Shown here: positions 9,087 through 16,761 of the stretch, piece after piece
Numbering within the stretch: position 1 is the stretch's first letter
Layout of the letters: every line of letters begins with the position of its first letter
Origin: Candidatus Omnitrophota bacterium
GTDB lineage: Bacteria > Omnitrophota > Gorgyraeia > Gorgyraeales > Gorgyraeaceae
DNA: 51,479 nt
Direction of reading: 5' to 3'
NCBI GenBank assembly: GCA_018824725.1
Contig: JAHJGB010000062.1
Location: forward strand, 1-51,479
The notes under the pieces: generated by a model
Seen by the model: only the letters and a program-made list of their open reading frames with translations
The model's database searches: none
What the model was told of the DNA's origin: nothing
Made by a program: the position numbers and the translations under genes

Positions 9087-9836
9087 TTATTCCAGATCAG
9101 TTATGGGGCCTTTTGCAGCTCCTGTTATAAATTGTTTCACTATAGGGTCTTTTGTATTCTTAATCTCATCCGGCGTCCCGATAGTTATAATCTTCCCTTT
9201 GTATAGCATCGCAATCCTGTCAGCTATTTTGAAAGCGCTGACCATGTCATGGGTAACCACTATGGACGTCACGTTCAATTTATTATTCAAATCTATGATG
9301 AGGTCGTTTATGGCATCAGCCATTATTGGATCCAGCCCAGTGGTCGGCTCATCGTACAGTATGATTTTCGGGTTATTGCAGATCGCGCGCGCAAGCCCTA
9401 CTCTTTTTTTCATCCCGCCGCTCAGCTCAGCTGGCATAAGCTTTTCTATGCCTTTCAACCCCACAAGCTCCAAAGAACCGGCCACCTTTTTCCGGATATC
9501 TTCTTCAGACGTGTTGGTGTGCTCTCTTAAAGTAAAACCCACATTTTCGCCCACTGTCATTGAATCAAATAAGGCAGCTCCCTGAAAAAGCATACCAAAG
9601 CTCAGCCTGATCTTATCTATCTCATGTTCTTCAAGCCTTGTCATATCATTACCGTCTATAATGACCTGGCCGATGTCAGGCCTTATAAGCCCTATTATGT
9701 GTTTCAAAAGCACGCTCTTCCCGCAGCCCGAGCGGCCTATTACAACAATCACCTCGCCTGAATTTATAATCAGATTCAGGTCATCCAGGACCTTTAACCT
9801 GGTAAATGACTTTGAAAGATTTATAATTTCTATCAT
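9087..9836 (-). CDS. mlaF: ABC transporter ATP-binding protein (MlaF-like)
   Basis: Walker A GRSGCGKS, signature LSGGMKKR, Walker B ILYDEPT. I place the start at MIEIINLSK (ATG 9836), because the longer ORF to 9908 only reads through the family A hairpin. Confidence 0.85.
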   Translation of the reverse strand: MIEIINLSKSFTRLKVLDDLNLIINSGEVIVVIGRSGCGKSVLLKHIIGLIRPDIGQVIIDGNDMTRLEEHEIDKIRLSFGMLFQGAALFDSMTVGENVGFTLREHTNTSEEDIRKKVAGSLELVGLKGIEKLMPAELSGGMKKRVGLARAICNNPKIILYDEPTTGLDPIMADAINDLIIDLNNKLNVTSIVVTHDMVSAFKIADRIAMLYKGKIITIGTPDEIKNTKDPIVKQFITGAAKGPITDLE

Positions 9837-9844
9837 AGCTTTGA

Positions 9845-9896
9845 ATGATGGGAGTCGGGCTTCCATCATTAGTGATGGAAGCCCGACTCCCATCAT
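9845..9896. repeat. Family A REP-like hairpin (24-bp stem)
   Basis: ATGATGGGAGTCGGGCTTCCATCA-TTAG-TGATGGAAGCCCGACTCCCATCAT, perfect. Confidence 0.9.
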
Positions 9897-9909
9897 ATTA
9901 CCCATCATA

Positions 9910-10953
9910 TTAGAATAATTCTTTTTGCGATTCTTTCTTATACGCTATCTTCAGATGATCATACGCCAGTTTTGTGACTTCCCTACCCCTGGGCGTCCTT
10001 TTCAAAAATCCTATCTTTAATAAAAATGGCTCCACCACATCCACTATGGTGTCGCTCTCTTCATTAAGCGTTGCTGCAAGCGATTCTATGCCCACAGGCC
10101 CGCCGTCATAAAAATCAATTATCGCCTTCATGACTTTCCTGTCTATATCGTCCAGGCCCGCGGAGTCTATCCCGTGCGACGCAAGGCCTGCTATGGCACT
10201 TTCTTTATCTATTTTTTTATTGCCTTTCACTTCGCTGTAATCCCTGACCCTTCTAAGAAGCCTATTAGCCACGCGGGGAGTGCCGCGTGAACGGCCGGCA
10301 ATCTCAATAGCAGCATCTTTATCAAGAGGTATGCTTAAAAGCTCACTAGACCGCTCTATTATCTTCACGAGGTCCTCTGTCTCATAAAACTCAAAATGAT
10401 AAAACATCCCGAACCTGCTGCGTAAAGGAGCGCTTAATAATCCTGCGCGGGTCGTGGCTCCGATAAGCGTGAATCTTTTCAGGTTGAACTTTATGGTCTT
10501 TGCGTAAGGCCCTTTATCTATAAGAAAATCTATCTGATAGTTCTCCATCGCAGGATATATAAATTCCTCCACAACCTTCGAAAGCCTGTGTATCTCGTCT
10601 ATAAAAAGTACATCGCCCTCTCCGAGATTGGTAAGAATACCTATCAGGTCTCCGGCTCTTTCTATTGCAGGGCCTGAGGTGGCTGTAATCTTGGAGCCCA
10701 TCTCGCGGCTTATTATATGGGCAAGCGTAGTTTTGCCTAAACCCGGAGGCCCTGAAAGCAAAATGTGCTCAAGGCCTTCCTTTCTTTTTTTGGCTGCCTT
10801 CATTGCGATATTTACATTATCAATCACATGTTTCTGGCCTACGAAATGCTTTAAGCTGTCAGGCCTGAGCGATATATTAAATACAACCTCTTCCTCTGCT
10901 TCCTGGCCAGTAATCAACTGCTCGCGGTCATCATTCATTTCATTCTTAGACAT
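9910..10953 (-). CDS. ruvB: Holliday junction branch migration ATPase RuvB
   Basis: 347 aa. Walker A GPPGLGKTT, Walker B LFIDEIHRL, sensor TTRAGLLSAPLRSRFG. Confidence 0.95.
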   Translation of the reverse strand: MSKNEMNDDREQLITGQEAEEEVVFNISLRPDSLKHFVGQKHVIDNVNIAMKAAKKRKEGLEHILLSGPPGLGKTTLAHIISREMGSKITATSGPAIERAGDLIGILTNLGEGDVLFIDEIHRLSKVVEEFIYPAMENYQIDFLIDKGPYAKTIKFNLKRFTLIGATTRAGLLSAPLRSRFGMFYHFEFYETEDLVKIIERSSELLSIPLDKDAAIEIAGRSRGTPRVANRLLRRVRDYSEVKGNKKIDKESAIAGLASHGIDSAGLDDIDRKVMKAIIDFYDGGPVGIESLAATLNEESDTIVDVVEPFLLKIGFLKRTPRGREVTKLAYDHLKIAYKKESQKELF

Positions 10954-10970
10954 AGTGTTGTGCGCCCTCT

Positions 10971-11600
10971 TTATTTCTTACTCCTCTGTTTATACACCTC
11001 GTTTAAAAGATCTTCCGCTGTTTCTATATCCGGATTGCGCTTTAATGCCTCGTCCAGCATGTTCCTGGCTTCGAATTTTTTATACTGAAGCTGCAATAAA
11101 ACGCCCATTGCCTCTTCCTGTATGTCGTGTTTTCCCGTAAAAGCCTTGGCGCCGGTTCTATCATCCTGTATAAGCCCAAATTTCCCCACCTTGCCCTGAA
11201 GCTTAGCCACGATCTCCCTTGCTCTCTGCTCCCCTATCCCTGGCAGGGATTTCAGAAAAGGCACATCAGCCATATCTATTGCCTTGGCAATCATGGATAT
11301 GGGCATCTTCAAAGCTCTCACAGCAGCCTTCGGCCCTATGCCTGACACTGTTATAAATTTTTCAAAAAATTCTTTTTCTATCTCATTCAAAAAACCTATC
11401 AGGCACTGAAATCCTTTGGATGGCTCCAGCTGAAAATAATGAAACGTGATAAGGGAAATAGAGCTGCCCGGTTGCGCGCTGTCTTCCAGGCACTGCATCA
11501 CAGCTCCCGGGATAAGCACTTCATAGCATATCCCGTTCACATCCAGCACTATTGAATCCTCTTTTTTCTCTACTAATTTACCTGAAATCCTGCAAATCAT
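10971..11600 (-). CDS. ruvA: Holliday junction DNA helicase subunit RuvA
   Basis: Start taken at MICRISGKL (ATG 11600). HhH motifs GIGPKAA and GIGEQRA. Lies between ruvC and ruvB. Confidence 0.85.
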   Translation of the reverse strand: MICRISGKLVEKKEDSIVLDVNGICYEVLIPGAVMQCLEDSAQPGSSISLITFHYFQLEPSKGFQCLIGFLNEIEKEFFEKFITVSGIGPKAAVRALKMPISMIAKAIDMADVPFLKSLPGIGEQRAREIVAKLQGKVGKFGLIQDDRTGAKAFTGKHDIQEEAMGVLLQLQYKKFEARNMLDEALKRNPDIETAEDLLNEVYKQRSKK

Positions 11601-12078
11601 TTCTATGCCTCCATATATTGGCATGCGTGATAGCCAGGGCCAGAGCGTCTGTGACGTCAACCGGCTCAGGCGGTTTTTTCAGCCCAAGTAAACTCGTAAC
11701 AGTCCTCTGCATCTGCTCTTTTGAAGCCCTGCCGTGTCCGGTAATAGCTTTTTTTATTTTCGTAGTAGGGTAATTCACCAGTGAAACATTCTGATGTTCT
11801 ACAGCAAGGCATATCGCGCCCCTGGCATGGCCCATCAGTATGGAAGTTTTCGGATGTTTGTAATGCGAGTAAAGCTCTTCCAGAATCACTGCCTCCGGGT
11901 CAGTATCCTTTATTAAACTAATAACTTTTTTATAAATACTTGCCAGCCGTTTTTCCATCTTATCTTTTGCGTTAGACCTGATAATGCCTGCCTCCATCAG
12001 CCTGACATTGTTCCCGCATGAATCTATAAGCCCATAACCCGTGATCCCAAGCCCCGGATCTATTCCTAATATTCTCAT
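11578..12078 (-). CDS. ruvC: Crossover junction endodeoxyribonuclease RuvC
   Basis: Start taken at MRILGIDPGLGITGYG (ATG 12078), which overlaps the mlaE stop as ATGA. RNase H-like fold motifs present. Confidence 0.9.
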   Translation of the reverse strand: MRILGIDPGLGITGYGLIDSCGNNVRLMEAGIIRSNAKDKMEKRLASIYKKVISLIKDTDPEAVILEELYSHYKHPKTSILMGHARGAICLAVEHQNVSLVNYPTTKIKKAITGHGRASKEQMQRTVTSLLGLKKPPEPVDVTDALALAITHANIWRHRNDLQDFR

Positions 12079-12857
12079 GGAAATATAAAATAAAATAACG
12101 CGGTAAAAAGACAATCAGCCGCGATTATCAAAATAAACGATATAACAACAGATCGGGTTGTTGCCTTTCCCACACCCTCGGCCCCGCCCTCTGTAATAAA
12201 GCCTTCATAGCATGAAACTATGCATATAATGACCGCAAATATAAATGACTTAAAAAGCCCTGTGAATAAATCCTTGAACGCTAGTGTATCAAATGTCATT
12301 TTCCAGTATATCGTAGAGCCTATAAGAAGTTTATAAACGCCTATCATGTAACCGCCTATAATGCCTATAAAATCAGCGTAAACAGTCAATAAGGGAAGCA
12401 TGATGCATAACGCGAGAAATCTCGGCACAACCAGATATTTCACAGGGTTTGCTGCAAGGGTCCTCAGTGCGTCTATCTGCTCGCTCACTTTCATAGTCCC
12501 GAGTTCTGCGGTGATGCTGGCTCCTACTCTTCCGGCAATAACAAGCGCTGTTAAAACAGGCCCGAGTTCCCTCAGCATGGAAAGCGCGACAAGGCTTGAT
12601 ATATACATCTGCGCGTTCATCTTTGTCAACTGATACGCGCTTTGAAGCGCCAGCACCATGCCTGTAAAAAACGCCACCATGAAAACTATGGGAAAACTCA
12701 TGACGCCTATCTTATGCATCTGGATAACCCATTCTTTTTTTCTGAAAGGCGGGACAAATACCTGGAATATAGTGCCGACCATCAGATTAAATGTGCCGCC
12801 TATGTAAACGAAGAAATTCAGGGCTTTTATTCCGAGATTATTTATCCACTCTTTCAT
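12075..12857 (-). CDS. mlaE: ABC transporter permease (MlaE/YrbE family)
   Basis: 260 aa polytopic membrane protein with MlaE-type length and hydrophobicity pattern. mlaF and mlaD lie 2-3 kb downstream. Confidence 0.75.
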   Translation of the reverse strand: MKEWINNLGIKALNFFVYIGGTFNLMVGTIFQVFVPPFRKKEWVIQMHKIGVMSFPIVFMVAFFTGMVLALQSAYQLTKMNAQMYISSLVALSMLRELGPVLTALVIAGRVGASITAELGTMKVSEQIDALRTLAANPVKYLVVPRFLALCIMLPLLTVYADFIGIIGGYMIGVYKLLIGSTIYWKMTFDTLAFKDLFTGLFKSFIFAVIICIVSCYEGFITEGGAEGVGKATTRSVVISFILIIAADCLFTALFYFIFP

Positions 12858-12878
12858 ATTAATCCTTAAAGTATCGTG

Positions 12879-12991
12879 TTAATCGCTGAACTACGCGGAA
12901 TATTACGCAGAACTACGCTGAAGTTAAACGTTAACTTCCGCGTCTTTCCGCGTCTGTTCCGAGCGAAGCGAGGAACAGCTTCCGCACAGTT
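12879..12991. repeat. Family C MITE-like element (shorter copy)
   Basis: Same ends and core as 5776..5921, but lacks the internal CTCCTCGATAAGCTCGGGGTAAACTCCACGCGGAA segment. Confidence 0.8.
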
Positions 12992-13000
12992 CCGCGATTA

Positions 13001-14005
13001 TTAAAATCTTCTTTTATGCTCTACGCCGAAAAATTCTTCGTTCTCTTTTAATTTCATCTGAAACAATTGGCCGTTATCCAGCTTGTATTCCAGGCTCATC
13101 TCGTCCGTATTGTCTCTTTTCTGATAAGGCAATAATTCTTCCCTGGCGAATGTCCTAAACCCCACTGACACCTTCTCGCCTATCTCCTTTACCATCTTAA
13201 TGCTGTCAGACCCGTCTTTACTGATATCCCACCCGTCCCAAACTATAGTCTTCATATCAGATTTCAATTTCAGGTAATCCAGCAGATTGGAATCTGCCAC
13301 GCTCCTTAGGTCTATATAACCCTCCATCGTAAAAGTAGCCTGGGCCTGCCTGATCCTGGAATCCACTATGTTTATTATAGGGCCCGTCCCGTGGATTCTT
13401 ATATCAGCGGAATCATACCAGATAGGCCCTATCTTTCCGGATCTTCCGCCTATAAAACCGCTTGACTGGAGATTGGCAAGCGGGCCATTTATATTAAAAA
13501 GCCCGTTCATTATTCCGGTCACCACATCAGGCCTTTTGGCCTTTAGTATCACGGCGATATCCCTGAGATTCGCCCTGAGTATTTCAAAACATGCGTTTGT
13601 TTCAAAGGGCTCTTTCAAGCCTATGGTACCTCTCAAGCGGTAAGATTCCCCGAAGTTCAGGGAATAAATCCTCAGCTTGTCCTTTGTAAGCTTAAAAAAA
13701 ATCTTCAGCTCCGGCAAAGCGCTTGAATTTATGGTCATGTTGCCGGAATAAATTTTCCCTGCCAGGCCGTTATCTTTCAGAACTCTGGCTTTTAAAATAA
13801 TATTTCCGGAAAGCGCAGCACCTTTAATATTCAGTTTGTCTATCTTTAATTCCGAAACCAGCCTTTTATTGTCAAAAAAATAAAAATTCAGAGAAACTGC
13901 TTTGTCGATTCCTAAATCCAGAGCCGACGCGGCTAGCGCAGCAACAAAAACTAATATCGCGGTTACTATTATGACTTTCAGTTTTTTAATAATATAATAC
14001 CGCAT
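13001..14005 (-). CDS. Hypothetical membrane-anchored protein, possibly a mini AsmA/TamB-like beta-rich protein
   Basis: 334 aa. N-terminal TM helix, repetitive G-x-hydrophobic beta-strand pattern. The C-terminus (LEYKL...GVEHKRRF) is reminiscent of TamB DUF490 ends. The function call is weak. Confidence 0.6.
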   Translation of the reverse strand: MRYYIIKKLKVIIVTAILVFVAALAASALDLGIDKAVSLNFYFFDNKRLVSELKIDKLNIKGAALSGNIILKARVLKDNGLAGKIYSGNMTINSSALPELKIFFKLTKDKLRIYSLNFGESYRLRGTIGLKEPFETNACFEILRANLRDIAVILKAKRPDVVTGIMNGLFNINGPLANLQSSGFIGGRSGKIGPIWYDSADIRIHGTGPIINIVDSRIRQAQATFTMEGYIDLRSVADSNLLDYLKLKSDMKTIVWDGWDISKDGSDSIKMVKEIGEKVSVGFRTFAREELLPYQKRDNTDEMSLEYKLDNGQLFQMKLKENEEFFGVEHKRRF

Positions 14006-14019
14006 TTACTATCGCATAA

Positions 14020-14114
14020 GGTTATCTGATGTTGCCTGAGGTTATCAGAAGTTATCTGAAGTTACTTTTGCAACCTCAGATAACCTTGGATAACGTCAGA
14101 TAACCTCTGATAAC
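14020..14114. repeat. Inverted array of 10-bp GTTATCTGAN units (5 forward, about 4.5 reverse)
   Basis: Units start at 14021, 14031, 14041, 14051 and 14061, then TCAGATAAC-type units follow from 14076. Exact 10-nt register. The central 13-bp stem is GTTATCTGAAGTT / AACCTCAGATAAC. Confidence 0.8.
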
Positions 14115-14122
14115 TTTAATTT

Positions 14123-16597
14123 TTATTTAAATATTAACTTCCCGTTTTCCGCAAACGCCTTCACGGGCTTGTCTTTTACAAGGCGTTTTGAAATAATCTC
14201 TTCAGCTAATGGGTCTTCCAGCAACCTCTGTATGGTGCGTTTCAAAAGCCTTGCCCCGAAAACAGGGTCAAAACCATTCTCTATCAGAAGTTCTTTGGCT
14301 GACTGGTCAAGGCTTATATCCACGGACTGATCTTTTAACCTGTCCTTCACCTCTTCCATTTCTATTTCTATAATTTTGTAAAGGTCGTCCTTAGTAAGCG
14401 GATGAAATACTATAGTGTCGTCAATCCTGTTTAAAAATTCCGGCTTGAAGGTTTTTTTGACCTGTTCAAGAAGCCTTTCTTTCGTATCCTTGTAAGTGAC
14501 TTCTTTGGCTTCTGATTTAAAACCAAGCGAACCCTGTTTTCTGAAAATATCCGCTCCTACATTTGAAGTCATTATGAGTACGGTATTTCTAAAGTCCACT
14601 TTTCTGCCGAAGCTGTCTGTCAGACGGCCGTCTTCCAGGACCTGGAGAAGTATATTAAATACATCGGGATGCGCCTTTTCTATCTCATCCAAAAGCACCA
14701 CTGAATAAGGCCTGCGTCTTACTTTTTCCGTAAGCTGTCCGCCTTCTTCATAGCCCACGTACCCGGGAGGAGCGCCTACAAGCCTTGACACGTTAAATTT
14801 TTCCATGTATTCAGACATATCCAGCTGTATAAGAGCGTTTTCGTCGCCGAACATAAATTCAGCAAGCACTCTTCCCAGATGTGTTTTACCTACGCCTGTA
14901 GGCCCGAGGAATATAAAAGAGCCTATAGGCCTTTTCGGATTCTTTATGCCTGCGCGCGAACGCCTGACTGCGTGGGCAATAGCGCTTATGGCCTCATCTT
15001 GGCCTATGATTCGATTGTGCAGTTCCTCTTCCATCTTCATAAGCCTTTCAGACTCTTTTTCTTCAAGCCTGAAGATAGGTATGCCTGTCCATTTTGAAAC
15101 TATATTGGCAATCATCTCCTCGTCAACCCTAGGCCTCGCCTCCATCCTGGCTTTTTTCCATTCTTCGCGCGTCTTATCCAGTTTCATGCGGGCTTTCTTC
15201 TCTTCGTCCCTGAGATTGGCAGCCTTTTCAAAATCCTGGTTTTTTATCGCGGAATCTTTTTCTTTATGGATATTCTCTATATCGCTCTCCATGTCTTTTA
15301 TTTCTTTCGGGGCAGTCATGATGGAAAGCCTGGCCTTTGCGCCTGCCTCGTCTATGAGATCTATTGCCTTGTCAGGCAAAAATCTTCCGGCTATATACCT
15401 GTCTGAAAACTTTGCCGCAGCCTCCACAGCGGAATCCGTAATCTCAACCCTGTGATGAGCCTCGTACCTGTCCCTGAGGCCTTTTAATATTTCAATTGTT
15501 TCATCCACGCTGGGCGGATCGACCATGATTGTCTGAAAACGCCTTTCAAGCGCAGCGTCTTTTTCTATGTGCTTTCTGTATTCATCAAGGGTTGTGGCGC
15601 CTATGCACTGTATCTCGCCTCTTGAAAGAGCTGGTTTTAATATATTAGAGGCGTCTATAGCGCCTTCTGCGCCTCCTGCCCCTACCAGCGTATGCAATTC
15701 ATCAATAAAAATCATTACATTTTCAGACCTTTTTATTTCATCCATCACAGCTTTTATTCTCTCTTCAAACTGGCCCCTGTATTTCGTGCCTGCAACCATG
15801 AGCGCCAAATCGAGGATTATCACTTTTTTATCTTTTAATATCTCGGGTATGTCTCCTTTTACTATCTTCTGCGCAAGGCCTTCCACTATCGCTGTTTTGC
15901 CTACTCCTGCCTCGCCTAAAAGAACAGGATTATTTTTTGTGCGCCTTGAAAGTATCTGGATAACCCTTTCTATCTCGTTCTCTCTTCCTATGACAGGGTC
16001 TAATTTATTGTCGCGCGCTAACTGCGTAAGATTCCTGCCGAATGCGTCCAAGGCAGGGGTTTTGGAAACGGATCTCTGCTGTCCTGAAGCGTGTCCGCCT
16101 GCGCCTTGTCCCGGGCCAGGGCCCTGGCCTTGCTGAGGCGTACTGAAACCAGGCTGTATATTGGAACCTAAAAGTTCTGCTATTTCTTCCCTGACTTTGT
16201 TCAGGTCTAGCCCGAGATTTACTAATACTTGTGATGCAACGCCTTCGCCTTCTCTTATAAGGCCCAATAGAATATGCTCTGTGCCTATATAATTATGGCC
16301 CAGAGACCTTGCCTCTTCGCTGGAAAGCTCTATGACTTTTTTAGCCGTGGGTGTAAACGGTATATCGCCGGAAACAACCATGGGCGGCCCGGGCTTTACA
16401 ATCTTTTCTATTTCCATGCGTATCTGCTGCAGGTTCAGCCCCATTTTCTGGAGAACTACCGCAGCCACGCCCTCGCCTTCTCTTATAAGGCCCAATAGAA
16501 TATGCTCTGTGCCTATATAATCGTGGTTAAACCTCTTTGCCTCTTCTTTTGCAAGCAATATTACTTTCCTGGCGCGTTCCGTAAACCTGTTGAACAT
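14123..16597 (-). CDS. clpC: ATP-dependent Clp protease ATP-binding subunit ClpC
   Basis: 824 aa. Two Clp_N repeats (YIGTEHILLGLIREGEGVA twice), AAA+ P-loops GEAGVGKT and GPTGVGKT, UVR-like middle domain. SD GGAGG lies 6 nt before the ATG. Confidence 0.95.
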   Translation of the reverse strand: MFNRFTERARKVILLAKEEAKRFNHDYIGTEHILLGLIREGEGVAAVVLQKMGLNLQQIRMEIEKIVKPGPPMVVSGDIPFTPTAKKVIELSSEEARSLGHNYIGTEHILLGLIREGEGVASQVLVNLGLDLNKVREEIAELLGSNIQPGFSTPQQGQGPGPGQGAGGHASGQQRSVSKTPALDAFGRNLTQLARDNKLDPVIGRENEIERVIQILSRRTKNNPVLLGEAGVGKTAIVEGLAQKIVKGDIPEILKDKKVIILDLALMVAGTKYRGQFEERIKAVMDEIKRSENVMIFIDELHTLVGAGGAEGAIDASNILKPALSRGEIQCIGATTLDEYRKHIEKDAALERRFQTIMVDPPSVDETIEILKGLRDRYEAHHRVEITDSAVEAAAKFSDRYIAGRFLPDKAIDLIDEAGAKARLSIMTAPKEIKDMESDIENIHKEKDSAIKNQDFEKAANLRDEEKKARMKLDKTREEWKKARMEARPRVDEEMIANIVSKWTGIPIFRLEEKESERLMKMEEELHNRIIGQDEAISAIAHAVRRSRAGIKNPKRPIGSFIFLGPTGVGKTHLGRVLAEFMFGDENALIQLDMSEYMEKFNVSRLVGAPPGYVGYEEGGQLTEKVRRRPYSVVLLDEIEKAHPDVFNILLQVLEDGRLTDSFGRKVDFRNTVLIMTSNVGADIFRKQGSLGFKSEAKEVTYKDTKERLLEQVKKTFKPEFLNRIDDTIVFHPLTKDDLYKIIEIEMEEVKDRLKDQSVDISLDQSAKELLIENGFDPVFGARLLKRTIQRLLEDPLAEEIISKRLVKDKPVKAFAENGKLIFK

Positions 16598-16623
16598 TTT
16601 AAACCTCCTAAATTATGCGATAA

Positions 16624-16757
16624 CTCAAAAGTAAAAACGCAAAAGTCAAAACCACAACTAAAAATTCAAAACTTTAATTTTCTTTACTTGTTTACCATTT
16701 CTTAATTTTAACTTTTGAGTTTTGGTTTTACCTTTTTACTTTTGACTTTTTACTTTA
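16624..16757. repeat. Family B A-tract/T-tract inverted repeat
   Basis: CTCAAAAGTAAAAACGCAAAAGTCAAAACCACAACTAAAAATTCAAAAC ... TTTTAACTTTTGAGTTTTGGTTTTACCTTTTTACTTTTGAC. Lies between mcsB and clpC. Confidence 0.85.
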
Positions 16758-16761
16758 TCTA

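Noticed and set aside
9837-9908. N-terminal extensions of mlaF (MMGNMMGVGLPSLMMEARLPSFKA), of lptE (34992..35132) and of ruvA, ruvC, lolD and holA in the ORF track.
   Set aside because: The extensions read through palindromic repeats or start at non-ATG codons. Internal ATGs give the canonical family N-termini, or a lipobox signal peptide in the case of lptE.
14020-14114. A possible CRISPR array, or other arrayed repeats elsewhere in the window.
   Set aside because: The units are 10 bp with no spacers and are arranged as an inverted array. All other repeats are dispersed single palindromes. No cas genes are present.
14805-15455. Long plus-strand ORFs antisense to real genes: 14805..15455 (216 aa), 9013..9585 (190 aa), 40174..40743 (189 aa), 15567..16136, 21445..21960, 384..893, 49175..49681.
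   Set aside because: These are shadow ORFs opposite strongly supported minus-strand genes. They have low-complexity Ser/Leu/Phe-rich translations, no recognisable motifs and no start-site signals.
16624-16757. CtsR operators inside the family B repeats upstream of clpC and mcsA.
   Set aside because: AGTCAAA heptads occur, but not as the (A/G)GTCAAA-NAN-(A/G)GTCAAA direct repeat. The same repeat also precedes unrelated genes (metG, ispD, holA), and no ctsR gene is in the window.
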